64,000 nt of DNA from Octopus vulgaris (taxonomy: Eukaryota). The notes beneath the pieces were generated by a model. The model did no database searches and had not been told where the DNA came from. It saw only the letters and a list, made by a program, of their open reading frames with translations. The position numbers were made by a program, and so were the translations under genes. Every line of letters starts with the position of its first letter. Position 1 is the first letter of the stretch. Location of the stretch: NCBI GenBank assembly GCA_951406725.2, contig OX597830.1, positions 30,752,001-30,816,000 of the forward strand. The letters run 5' to 3'. This document shows, piece after piece, positions 15,680 through 29,719 of the stretch.

Positions 15680-15965
15680 TTCACTGAAGAGGGAGTCGAT
15701 TTCCAGCATAGATACAAAGCTCCATCTTTGGGATGTAGTTAACACAGACAAATCCAAATTTGGAACTTAAGAAATGTCTTGCATATTTTTACTGTTCCAC
15801 TCACAGATTGTACTTGTAATATATAAATTAGCCGGTTGATTTCTCTTTCTGAAAATCCCAGTTTATCCAGATTCTCCTCTAAGCATTCACTAATAAAACC
15901 TAAAGCTCCAAATATTATTGGTACGAATATGAATTCATAGTCAAGGTAAAGAAGCTGAAGATGAA
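15680..15965 (-). mobile_element. 3' fragment of RLE-type (R4/Dong-like) non-LTR retrotransposon
   Basis: Minus strand translates to HLQLLYLDYEFIFVPIIFGALGFISECLEENLDKLGFSEREINRLIYILQVQSVSGTVKICKTFLKF. It is homologous to 53360-53675, and PIIxGALG is typical of the R4/Dong C-terminus. Confidence 0.7.
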
Positions 15966-16456
15966 TGTATAAATATAGAAACCAAATGGATAAAGTGGTG
16001 AAGTTGGCACAAGATATTAATAAAATACATTCCTTCTACTATTTGTTTCGGTTCCCTGTCTTAAGGGTTCAAATTACTCTGAGTTAAAATTTACATTTAA
16101 GCCTTTTCGTGACTCAGTGACGTTACATTCCAGACCACGGCCTGTTAATGGGCGAATTGTTGGAGCTCTGAATCTCTTAACAATATAATTTTCAAACTCT
16201 TTGTTTCCTGATTGCAACGTCTTCTATGACTCTGGTACCAAGTCGGATCCTTTGGCAAATTGGATGTATTGGCAGCTGCTGGTCTTCTGAAAAATACCAC
16301 AATCCAAGCCTGGGTTTTGACAGAGGACTTTCTAGATGCAAAACCATAGTCTAGCGGGACATACAAATAATAATAAGAAGAAGAGAAAGAAGAAGAAGAA
16401 GAAGATGAAGAATGACAATAATAGTGAATAATACAAACAAATCAATAATAAACGTA

Positions 16457-16524
<68 letters not shown>

Positions 16525-16589
16525 TATACATACATACATATATATATGTACATATATATATATACATACATACACACACACATACATAA

Positions 16590-16626
<37 letters not shown>

Positions 16627-17169
16627 TTTTGCGCATGCACAGAAAAATACTGTCAAGAAGATAAATTTTGTTAACGTAAAGAAATAAGTTACAGCAAGCT
16701 GGAAAGAGTCGTTACTGCGCCAGATAAAATGCTTTTTCGATCTCGAGTCAAATGCTGTAGAGATCGGCCTTTGCCTTTCATCCTTTCGAGGTCGATTAAA
16801 TATGTACCAGCTGAGCATAGGGATCGGCGCAATCACATCCCCACCTACCCTCAAACTTGATGATCTTCTGCCCAAATTCGAAACAATTGCTTTAAAGCAA
16901 ATAATATGTAAACGGAAAAAAATATTTTAGGTTGAAATATTTTCCATTGCGTAAAAGCCTTAAATAGAAAGAAAGAAAAATTAGATACCTGGTAAGGAAT
17001 ATGAAGCTTTTTTTTTAGGACGGTTTCACCGACTTTGAGTACAAAGGTAGATACTTACAGGTTTTGAGGTGCTTGCTATATTGAGGAAGTCTTTCAAATA
17101 CTTATAGAATTCAGATACATATAGAATTTCCCTTGCAAGCATACGGCCCGATAATATTCCTCACAGGTT

Positions 17170-17378
17170 TCAAATTTTGGCGCAAGGCAAGCTGTTATGT
17201 GGGAGGGGCTAAGTTGACTACATCGACCTCAGTATACAATTCATACTTAATTTATCGATCCCAAAAGGATGGAAGGCAAATTCGACCTATGCGGCATTTG
17301 AACTCAGAACATAAAGACGGACGAAATGCCGTAAAGCATTTTGCCCGGCGTGCTAACGATTCTGCCAGCTTGCCGCCG
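17170..17378 (-). mobile_element. SINE family B, diverged
   Basis: Matches the 45749-45979 head (ggcggcaagctggcagaatcgttagcacgccgggc) and central gcc.tccatcct..tgggatcgataaattaagta. Confidence 0.75.
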
Positions 17379-17725
17379 TATTGTACTCATCATAGAAAGT
17401 TAATGTATCGTACGATACATCGTATTCATCATCGTGTAATGTCTGAAATTGGAATAAAGAGCAGGGATATGTTGTAATTACTCCTAAAAGTACCAATGCA
17501 ATTTGGTACAGGTTTAATTCATACTCGAGTCACGGGAACCAAGAGCCAGCATGTACGTGTCCCTTTGATCTGCTATAAAGAACAGTCAATCTTACTCCGT
17601 CAGATCAACTACCTTACTAAAGGAAAGGTACATTAGATATTATACACCTAGATTTGTGGCGCCTGAAGAAGAAAAGAAAGTGGAAACTTGATAGTCGTAG
17701 TTGGAACATCGTTAAGAAATTGTTT

Positions 17726-17938
17726 ACTCTTTTACTTGTTTCAGTCATTTGACTGCGGCCATGCTGAAGCACCGCCTTTAGTCGAGCAAATCGACTCCAG
17801 GACTTATTCTTTGTAAGCCTACTACTTATTCTATTGGTCTCTTTTACCGAACCACTAAGTTACGGGGACTCAAACATATCAACATCGGTTGTCAAGCGAT
17901 GTTGGGGGGACAAAAACAGACATACAAGCACACACACA

Positions 17939-18030
<92 letters not shown>

Positions 18031-18203
18031 TACGACGGGCTATCATTTCGATGTTTTCAGTTTCGTCTACCAAATCCACTCACAAGGCTTTGGTCGATCC
18101 GAGGCTATAGTAGAAAACACCTGCCCAAGGTGCCACGCAGTGGGACTGAACCCGGAACCATGTGGTTGGTAAGCAAGCTACTTACCACACAGCTACTCCC
18201 GCT
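17726..18203 (-). mobile_element. SINE family A inserted into a family E repeat
   Basis: Full-length copy. Family E-like sequence lies on both sides (17565-17720 and 18205-18245). Confidence 0.85.
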
Positions 18204-19024
18204 GGTTTAAGACAGACCTCGGGTTGAACAATAACAACAACAACATCAGCAATAGTGTCAACAACTAAAACTAATGTCACTCGTGGGCAACAACAACAAC
18301 AATTAAGGTTACTTCAACGGCGACAATAATAGCAATAATAACATACACATGCAGCTGAAAAACAGCAAACAAGCCACAAACTGCACAACATTGAACGGGA
18401 TAACAACTAATTCCGGATAGAACTGGATTTGGGAGGTGGATCAGACACGAAGTGAATAACAAAATCAACAACAACAGCAAAAACAAAAACAAAACATGAA
18501 CAACAACAACAACAACAACAAGACTCACCAATGGTCAAATGTCAATGTACGAATCCAAAGGAGTGGGTCATCGGTGGCTCTTTAAGTCTTTTCTAACGTT
18601 TAAAGGTCATCTGTAGTGACCAAAACAAGGCCCTCACAAAGAGCTGACTAACCGTGAAGATGGCGGTCGAGATCATTGTTACTTGATTTCATTGGTCGGT
18701 CAATACTCGCCCACACATCACAAAAGTTCACATTTATTTTCTTGTGGATGAACATCGAGATTGTGAAGGATTAAAATACATGGTCACATGTGCACATCAC
18801 TGCAGAATGAATGAACATCCGTGTATGTGTGTGTGTATGTTTGGGCGTGTGCGTGTGTGTGTGTGTGTTTTTTGTATATATCTGTGTGTGTGTTTGTGTG
18901 TGTGTTTGTGTGATTGTGCGTGTATGTGTTTGTGTGTATGTGTTTCGGCTCGTGATTATGTTCCTGATGTGTATAAAACGTATATGCCGATCGTCGTATG
19001 CTTGCGAGTATATATATATGTATA

Positions 19025-19083
<59 letters not shown>

Positions 19084-19157
19084 ATATATATATATATATA
19101 TACACATATATACACATGCATATATATGTATATATATATATATATACATACATACAT

Positions 19158-19206
<49 letters not shown>

Positions 19207-19610
19207 CACATATTTATATATATATATATATACATACACATACCTAGAGACACGCAAAGATACGCACATATACATTTGTACATATACATATACGTACTTA
19301 CGTGTGTATGTACGTATAACAACAACAGTAACAATAGCAACAACAAAAGCTAACATGTTTGTGTCTGTGTGACTGTGTGTGTGTGTCTGTGAGTCTGCGT
19401 GTGTGTGTATGAGTGTATGTGTGTGAGTGTATGTGTGTGCGTACGTGTATGTAGATAAATGCAAATAACCATATAAGACAGATAAGATTGCTATCTGTAT
19501 ACATTAATGCGATCTACCTTCTGATATTATCCGTTCTTTGTCAGTAGACACCTGAAAGTATTTAATTTTCTACCTTAGCAGTACGCATATTTTATTTTCA
19601 TTTATTTGTC

Positions 19611-19712
<102 letters not shown>

Positions 19713-19974
19713 TATCGTTCCATGTTCGTTTTTTTTTTTAAATTTCGTGAAATAAGATCGTATGCCTCCTGTTCAGTCAGCTCGCTTTGATCATTCAGGT
19801 GATCATCAACATAGTTTCCAGGTAAAACAGTAAGTCTAGACGTCAAATGTGAGTAGCGTTGGTTAGTTCCTTCTCGTTGATCAATGTTGATACGTATATA
19901 TATATATATATTCCTCTATACGTATGCATCACAATTTACATATTTACAATTTATATATATATATATATATATTT

Positions 19975-20168
19975 CAAATTTACAGAAAACAAAGCACGAA
20001 GACAGAGGTGAAGGAACAGCAAGTAGGTGTATTTGTTTAACGCTTGGGAAGAATAGAAATGTCTTTTATGTTTCGAGCCTTCGCTCTTCGATAGAAAGGA
20101 TTAAGAGTAAAATGGAGAGAGAATGAAAAAAATAACGGAGAGAGAAAAACTGTGCAGAGTTCAACGGC

Positions 20169-20228
<60 letters not shown>

Positions 20229-20427
20229 AGAGTTTTCGAAAAAAAACAACAAAAGACGAAGACAGGTGGTGTACAAAACAAACAGATGTATTAGTATAAC
20301 GCTCAGGAATAGAAAAGTCTTTTACGTTTCGAGCCTACGCTCTTCTACAGAAAGGGACACAGAAAAAAGGAAAGAAACAAGGAGAGAAAAATATATGTGT
20401 AGTGGCTAACGATCTGTCATGGCGTCA
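19975..20427 (-). mobile_element. two tandem (TA)n-embedded short elements with hammerhead-like motif (family P, Penelope-like terminus)
   Basis: Copies at 19975-20170 and 20225-20427 are separated by (TA)n. The second carries, on the minus strand, ctttCTGTAGAa-gagc-gtag-gctc-GAAAcgTA-aaag. The family recurs at 23150, 31575, 37570, 44417/44641 and 53695. Confidence 0.65.
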
Positions 20428-20480
20428 TATATATATATATATATGGATGTATGTGTATATGTATGTGTATATATATATGT

Positions 20481-20551
<71 letters not shown>

Positions 20552-21002
20552 CATATACACATACATCCATATATATATACGTATGTTTGCAGTCAATTAT
20601 ATACACATACTCAGGTGAGCATATACATATATTTGTATGTGCATGCGTAAATGTATAGTCGTTAGTTCCTTATTTTGAATAAGCTATCATAGCCAAGGCC
20701 ATACAATACTACGAATTTGTTACGCGGGTATATTTGTACCTGTATCGTTCTCGGGTTTAAGTCGGTTTATACTTGCACATGTTCCAGTGTTTTTTTTTTT
20801 TTGTGCATGTACAAATATATACATGCACAATTATATACAGATAGATAGAGAGAGAGGAATAGGAATACATATATGCATTCTCTCTCTTTCCCTCTCTTGT
20901 ATTCTTTCTCTTCTCTCTCACCTGTATTTTCCCTCTCTCTCTCCCTCTTCTATTCTCTCTCTTTCTCCCACTCCTCTCTCTCTCTCCTTCTCTATCTATC
21001 TA

Positions 21003-21118
<116 letters not shown>

Positions 21119-21142
21119 TAGATATAGATAGATAGATAGATA

Positions 21143-21207
<65 letters not shown>

Positions 21208-21582
21208 TCTATTTATCTATCTATCTAGCTAGCTAGCTATGAATTTATATATATCTATTCAGTTATCGGGCCATTGAAAAAAATGCTATGATTTTCATAT
21301 AGCATATATATATATATATAAGAAAAAAGTTAAAAACAATAATCGTTACATATAATTCCTTTATTTGACCAAATTCGACTTACAGCTGTTTCGAGTAGTC
21401 ATTATAGATACATTACTGATAGATTTACTCAACTGGTCCGTTGATCAATTGAGGTAAATTGAGCGACCTAAGAAAAGTAATGATAATTTCGTTAGAGCCA
21501 CTTCTGGAAATATATGCATATATATATATATATATATATACTTAGATGCAAATTGTGAAACATAACTGTCACAGCTACTACA

Positions 21583-21627
21583 TGAACCTGAAGATTGCAT
21601 AGTTTAATGCATGAAAGTACTAGTTCA
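21583..21627 (+). ncRNA. candidate minimal type I hammerhead ribozyme
   Basis: Stem I TGAAC/GTTCA; core CTGAAGA (21588-21594); stem II TGCAT/ATGCA with a U-U at the first position; GAAA (21613-21616); palindromic stem III AGTACT; CUA cleavage triplet. Confidence 0.6.
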
Positions 21628-21756
21628 ATCAGAATGGACATCTAATATTCTATCATTTCATTGTAAATAAAATGTGAAAATCAAAGTTCGAATTTCTTTG
21701 AGTAATATATTCTTCTATACACAATCGTACACACCCTTGTGTATACATATATATAT

Positions 21757-21976
21757 ACTCTTTTACTCTTTTACTTGTTCCAGTCATTTGACTGCGGCCA
21801 TGCTGGAGCACCGCCTTTAATTGAGAAACTCGACCCCGAGACTTATTCTTTTGTAAGCCCAGTACTTATTCTATCGGTCTCTTTTGCCGAACCGCTAAGT
21901 AACGGGGACATAAACACACCAGCATCGGTTGTCAAGCAATGCTAGGGGAACAAACACAGACACACAAGCACACACA

Positions 21977-22024
<48 letters not shown>

Positions 22025-22185
22025 CATATATACGACGGGGTTCTTTCAGTTTCCGTCTACCAAATCCACTCACAAGGCTTTGGTCGGCCCGAGGCTATAG
22101 CAGAAGACACTTGCCCAAGGTGCCACACAGTGGGACTGAACCCGGAACCATGTGCTTGGTAAGCAAGCTCCTTACCACACAGCCG

Positions 22186-22188
<3 letters not shown>
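21757..22188 (-). mobile_element. SINE family A (young subfamily)
   Basis: Near-full-length copy with diagnostic gtaagcccagtac and aagcaatgctagggg. Confidence 0.88.
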
Positions 22189-22226
<38 letters not shown>

Positions 22227-23016
22227 CATAGGCTTCTCTAAGTCTTCAGCGTCACTCGGGCTCATCACAGATTTCTCATAAGACACATGCCTGCTCGAAG
22301 AATTTCACGTTTTTCTACAATATTTTTAGCCCCAAATGGCTTATTTTTTTATATCTAGCACTATGTATTTCTCCATTTCTAAGTTAAAATAAAGCAACCC
22401 TGCAAAATACAACTGATCTTCACACACAGATGCACAGAATAACCGCAAAGAAATAACGACACCAGATTGCAAAACAAACATCATCGATCTGACTGTCGTC
22501 TGTACACTTGACAAGAGATGCCAGTTAGTCCTTTACACCTACCAGGCTCGTTCGTATTAGCCCGAGTTACTGGATATATATATTCATCCCTTGAAGAATA
22601 TTGTAGAACGGAATCTTTTCATAGATTGGAATTTAAATCCTAATCTCTATAGAAATTTGTTATTTTAAGGAAACATTGAATTTGACTTACTGTTAATTTT
22701 TACGATTATAGATAACAACTTGGGGTCTAACTTCTGAGTACAAGTCAGGCACGTGCGAACGATGTCGAGAGAACGTCTGCTACAATTTTTTTTTTTTTTT
22801 TTTTTGACACAGGGCACTTCTAAGACGACCGACAGACGCTGAACTAAAATAAATGGACTGCAACCAGGCTCAATAAAAGGGGCTCGATTTATTGGTTACA
22901 ATTACATACTTCAATCAGTGTTCGCAGAAATTACATCAGCTTACAAATGCACGTTCACTTTACTAAATTTATATTCGGGCTAAGCCCGAACAGCCCAAGT
23001 GCCGGATTCGCCACTG

Positions 23017-23047
<31 letters not shown>

Positions 23048-23061
23048 TGTATGTATGTATG

Positions 23062-23138
<77 letters not shown>

Positions 23139-23149
23139 TCCAAATGTTT

Positions 23150-23300
23150 TCTTTTTTATTCTCCCTCTATTTATTTCCTCGTGTTTCTTTCTGTTGAAGA
23201 GTGTAAGCTCGAAACGTTAAACCCTCCTTCTTTCCTTCTTTCCTGAGCGTCCAATAATAATATATTTGTTCCACGTTCTCGCGTTGTTGTGTTTTATTAA
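23150..23300 (+). mobile_element. family P element
   Basis: tttCTGTTGAagagtgtaagctcGAAAcgTTaaa...cctgagcgtccaataataa, adjacent to (TA)n. Confidence 0.55.
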
Positions 23301-23315
23301 ATCATATACATACAT

Positions 23316-23346
<31 letters not shown>

Positions 23347-23352
23347 CATATT

Positions 23353-23435
<83 letters not shown>

Positions 23436-24157
23436 GCACACACATACGACGGCCTTTTCAATTTACGTCTACCACATCCACTCACAAGGCTACCACATCC
23501 ACTCATAAGATTCTTGCCTAAGATTCCACACAGTGAGACTGAACCAGGAACAATGTGGTTGAGAAGCAAGCTTCATACCACACAACCACGCCTACACCAT
23601 TCTTTCCTTTGGAAGTGGGGTAGAAATAGACGAAAGAGCAGTATTTATCAGTTGTAAGAATCACAGCATTTAGCTTTAAACATTCTACATCAATCCAGAT
23701 GAACCATTTACAACCAAAGCAGAACCGATTCCACCATTTCGTTGATCTACCAACCAACCAACCAGCCAACAAGAGATATAATGGACAACCAGAAAGAATG
23801 AAAGAAAAAAACCCACGAAAATGTAAAAAAAAAAAGAAAAAAGAAAGAAAGAAAAAAAAAAAAGAAAAAAACGACATTGAAGATATTCTTCACCCACCTA
23901 CACCCATCCACCTCGCTTCCTCGAACATTACCACGGAGACAAAACGAGAGACTGAACATTCAATTAATGAAGGCGATGCCCCAGTATGGGCTTGACCTCG
24001 ATATCTAAAACAATTTAAAGCATTGAATAAAAGAACTGAGGAACATACGTGTACATACGACGGAGAGGTGCAAACAAAACCTATATCCAACTCCTGTGTC
24101 AATATGTTTGCCTATATCACGTTGGTGTGAGAGATTGTAAAGCGTTTTGTACGCGCA

Positions 24158-24251
<94 letters not shown>

Positions 24252-24388
24252 TGTGTGTGTCAATAAAGGTATTATCCTATACAGGAAGTACACTGTGAAA
24301 TCCACATTGTTTAAGAAACGTTGTCTGATTGAAATGGTTCACATGTTCTTTATATTTATCCCGCCTTTTAACACACACACACGCACAC

Positions 24389-24419
<31 letters not shown>

Positions 24420-24930
24420 TACGCATTCGCACATATACGCATACGCACACACACACACATACACACGCACGTTCATATACCGTTCCCCCTGCCTTTCATG
24501 TTTTATCACTCTAATTCACTCTCCCTCCCTCCCTCCCTTTCTGTCCCCCCCTCTCCCCACCTGTGTCTCCCCCTCTCCCTCCTTTCTTTCTCTTGTTTTT
24601 ATCTCCCTCTCATGTCCGCTTTTGTTTCCTTTGTCTCTCCCTCTATCTCCATTTACGTTTCATCTCATTAATTCTCTTTCTCCTTATCTCTCTTTCCCCC
24701 CTCTCTCTCTCTCTCTCACCCTCTTTTCTTGAACTCCCCACTTTTATACTTTCTTCATCTCTTCCTTTTCTCTCTCTCTCTCTTCCTCTTTCATTTACTT
24801 ACTCTTTCTCCTTCCTCTATCTCGTACATTCATTATCTCTTTATCTCCTGTCTCTTATTTCCTCATCCACCACACTCCTAGACTTTATCCCCGTCTCCCC
24901 TTCTCTCTCCCTCTCTCTAAATCTCTATCC

Positions 24931-24977
<47 letters not shown>

Positions 24978-25679
24978 TTCCTCAATCTCAACTTCTCACA
25001 CACATTCTAACTCCTGTGCCTTCATTTGTAAATCTATATTTCCTTGTAACCCTAATCATGCGCTCCATTCAGGTAAAATTAATACACATTCAGCTTCACT
25101 CGCTTTTACGAACGCACACACATGCACACACAGACATACACACACATACACATGCAGTCATACACCACACACATACACACGCACGAACATCTGCGTGAGT
25201 AAAGCGGGTACTCCGAAGCCACCTGATAGAAAAGTAGGGTGAAGCTTTTGAGCTGGCCGACTCGTTAGCACGCTGAACAAAATGCTAAGCGGCATTTCGT
25301 CCGCCTTTACGTTCCGAGTTCAAATTCCGCCGCTGTCGACTTTGCCTTTCATCCTGTCGGAGTTGATAAACTGCGTACCATTTGAACATTGGGGACAATA
25401 TAATCGACTTACATTATCAGTTACTCGTTTTTTTCGAACAGTACGATCACAGTATCTATTTTTGAGTTTCGTACGTATTCTAGCGATCCCTTTTACCGAA
25501 CCGGGATCTAGTCTTTTTCATTCGCAAAATGAGCCCCACTTAATTTTGCTCAGATTGTTTTCAATTTTGGTGTGTCGATGCAACTCTGAATTTTGATTAC
25601 GATCAACCAATTATTTTATCTCGTAAATTAAAAGATCTGATGTTATCTGGAATTAAATTTGGGAAATTCGGGTAATTTT

Positions 25680-25719
25680 AGCCAATCAACAGACAGCGTG
25701 GCATTGTTACCATGACAAC
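25680..25719. promoter_or_regulatory. candidate CCAAT box + RFX X-box pair
   Basis: agccaatca (NF-Y consensus RRCCAATSR) at 25680-25688 and gttaccatgacaac (X-box-like palindrome) at 25706-25719, at the start of a non-repetitive block. This is a motif match only. Confidence 0.3.
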
Positions 25720-26426
25720 CACATGCTGTGTTGTGGGTTACTGCGTCTGTGCCGCTGTTGTCTATGTTGACCCAATTCAGGTCGGCTTAGAATTGAAAGG
25801 GGGGATGACCTCATAAGCCAAGAATTCCTGGTAATTGAGATGCCACTAATGAAAAGACAGGGTGATTTTCTAGAGACAAGTGTTTCTGCTTCAATAGGCG
25901 TCATCAATACAGCAGTTGTCCTACAGCAGATATGGCATAAGACGTATACAAGAGGAGAGAACCCTTAGCAACTGAAAACAGGGTGGGAAAATTGTCTTGC
26001 TGAATTCTGATAACACCTATTAAACTCACCACCCAATTCAGGAATTGAAACCACGATCTTGCGCCTGGATTGTTACTTTCTTTGTCTACCCCGAAAAGAC
26101 AAAAACCAAAGTTGACCTCGGTGGTATTTGAACTCAAAGCGCAGAGCATCGGATCAAATATGCAAAGCATTCTATCCCACATTCCAAAGATTTTGCCTTT
26201 TGGTATGGTTAGTTTAAGAATTTGTTAGCTCTTCATTAGTAATCAATTACTCACTTCCTGACCAAAGACCTTTTTTATCAAAATTGATATTTCCCACGGA
26301 TTTAGGCTTTTGAAGGTCTCTTAACTCAATAAGTCGATTCTTTTAACAAGCAATAAACTCGTTTTCCCAGGTTTCATCTCCGAACTGAATGATATGTGTA
26401 AGTAAAAGTCTGTTTTTGACTGAGTA

Positions 26427-26690
26427 CGAAGGTCGGCTTAAAAGTACATAGGCTAACTAAGATGCTTTCATGAAATATGGCTGAAAATGGTTTATTTTTC
26501 AGCATGGTCCCTCTTGCGATCCACACACTCCTTCCATCGATGTTGCAGTACTTGGATAACATTGGTGAAGAAGCCTTCATCTTGTGGATCAAAAAGCAGA
26601 GATGACGTCACCATCGCGCAGTGATGGTGACACAGCCGAGTGGTTTTTCATGTTGGGGAACAGATGGGGTTAAATCAAGGAGAAATCTTC
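26427..26690 (-). mobile_element. mariner element 3' end fragment
   Basis: TA + cgaaggtcggcttaaaagt TIR-like end. The minus strand encodes DPQDEGFFTNVIQVLQHRWKECVDRKRDHAEK* and a SPDL..LFPNMKK remnant, both mariner-like. Confidence 0.75.
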
Positions 26691-27773
26691 TTTAAACAGT
26701 CAGATGTCAATTTACCTGGAAAGACTCAAACGGTGCTGTGAGTAATAAGAAGAGTTAAATTTAATATATGCAACATTTCTCAGCCCTAGCATCGTTCCTT
26801 CATAGTCAGATTATGAACTTTTCATTATGAAAATGTATACATTTTACACTGTGGCTTTTTAAAATATTTAACTCAGATCACGGACATCACTTATTATATT
26901 GGGGGGGGGGCACCCAGGATTTCTCAAGCTCCAGATTAGGGCCGGCTAGATGCAAAGCAAACTCTACGAAGTCTTTCGTCCGAAGCGCTTAACGATTTCT
27001 ATAGTCGAACGCCCTCGATTGACACTTTATTTTATCCACTTATCAAACGCATAATGATGACGGGCAGATTTGACATCAACAGGATTTGAACTTACGATGC
27101 AGAGCGTCAGAATAAATTATGAAACGCATGCATTTCGTGCGACGCTTTAACGACTCTGCCAATACGTTGCCTTGGTTAATGGACCTGCCAGAAATAACAG
27201 CCAAAACCTTGAATTTATAATAGATGTAGAATATTCATTGTCCGAGAGAAACCTAAAAAAGACGGGATTGTCACGGCTGGAATGGTTTCAATCAAGCAAC
27301 AGCAAAAACAATTACCACAACAACCACAATAACAACAGCAGTAGGCAGAACAGGAATTGTACAATTCATTAAGTGCCCCATTGTCTCCAACCTAAACAAG
27401 GTGTTCCCCACTGGACAGAGATCGCGTTGTGTTTGCACGACGCTGGAATGTGATGGTTGCTAAGCACTGTGTGCATGTGTGTGTGTGTATGTGTGTGTGT
27501 AAGTGTGTGTGTGAGTGTGATAGTTGCTAAGTTATGTCTGCGCATATACTAATCAGACAACTGTGGTTTCAATATATCCAGCCTGTTATTGAGTCAATAA
27601 AAATCTCATTCCCCACCTCTCCCACTCTCTCCCTCGGTCTCAGCCTTACTTCCTCTCTCTCTCTCTCACTGTCTCTCTCTCTCTCTCTCTACGTCCCTTT
27701 TGCCCTGTCGCTCACCATATCTCACTCTCACGTTATCCCCTATTTATCTATATGTGCATGTGTGTGCGGGCGC

Positions 27774-27807
<34 letters not shown>

Positions 27808-27863
27808 TCGTGAGTGTATATGTATGCGTTTGACTGTATATATGTATATATATATATATATAC

Positions 27864-28193
<330 letters not shown>

Positions 28194-28244
28194 CTGTTTC
28201 AACACACGACTTCACATAAAAAATCTTGCACAACAAATATTTAA

Positions 28245-28323
<79 letters not shown>

Positions 28324-28408
28324 TGTATATATATATATGTATGTATGTATGTGTATGTATGTGTGTGCATATATGCAAATATATTCAATTATACCTACAT
28401 ATACAGTT

Positions 28409-28473
28409 TATGGACCCTCACCAATCTTATATGAACCCTCAGGGGACATATGGACCCCGGCTGAGAACCACTG
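28409..28473 (-). mobile_element. single end of hAT-like MITE (same family as 4764)
   Basis: Reverse complement cagtggttctcagccggggtccatatgtcccctgagggttcatataagatt aligns to 4764-4815. Confidence 0.55.
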
Positions 28474-29452
28474 CCAAGTACCATTGCTAAAGTGTTCTCA
28501 AGTACACTACATAATAAAGGAATGCTACCAAGTCCGACACGAACATTTATCTCCCTTTAAGAAAAATATGTTCGTTTCCGTTATAAATTGCACATTTAAC
28601 ATGCAGCTTACGTGGTATGTATTTAGCTATGAAAGTGTATGGCCTCCATCTTGAATTACTGTTTTCTCTTACAGTCCATGATACCGGCCTGTTTGAGCAA
28701 GCATTCGCGAAACTTAAAAATACCGATAGAAAATAACAATCGAATAAATCATACTGTACGCCATATACTGTCTACTATTTTCCTTTCTTCGTTACAAATA
28801 ACGTATATATGCGTGTGCACATACGAGTAAGTAGGTTTTTGAACCTTTGTCTGAAAAATTACGGATAGCAAATCCTGTACATGTTTTTGTTTCTTCAAGT
28901 ATATCTTTGTAACTATTCTCCTGTAATGACACACGTGTAATGTGGAATTAAAAATATACCAAGTTTTTTTTCCAGTCTTCTATTTTAATATGTAATTATT
29001 CTGTAAATAGAATTCGCCAGAAATTTCAAATGCTATATATATCTTATGCAAAATAAAAATAAAAAAATGTACGTACTTTTGATTAATGAGAACATGCACA
29101 GGAACTTCGTGAGGATACAGCTTCGACTACAACCTCTTATATACATATATGGGTGTGTGTGTGTGTGTGTGTGTGTGAGCATACATATATATATATATAT
29201 ATACACTCATACATAACCTCGTACGTACATATTTAGAATAGCAACGTCACAGTGTCTGGCTGCCCCTGAAGGCCAGCAGGTGTGAATTTAACAGCCGCTT
29301 ACGTAGTGTTTGTTTCCGCCATCTCGAAGAACTCAATGTTGATGACAAATTTCCTTCAGTAAATGTTAGATGGAGCAGAGGTGGTGCTTGCAGAAGTGTT
29401 GACTGTGTTATAAACTTGTGTACATACATACATACATACATACATACATACA

Positions 29453-29486
<34 letters not shown>

Positions 29487-29553
29487 CATACATACATACA
29501 TACATGCATACATACGTATATACATACACGCATGTGACTGTGTGTATGTATAT

Positions 29554-29639
<86 letters not shown>

Positions 29640-29673
29640 GTCTGTGTGTGTGTATTTGCATATGCACATGTAT

Positions 29674-29719
<46 letters not shown>

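Noticed and set aside
19740-19885. Short protein-like open frames on both strands
   Set aside because: No recognisable motif or convincing exon boundaries.
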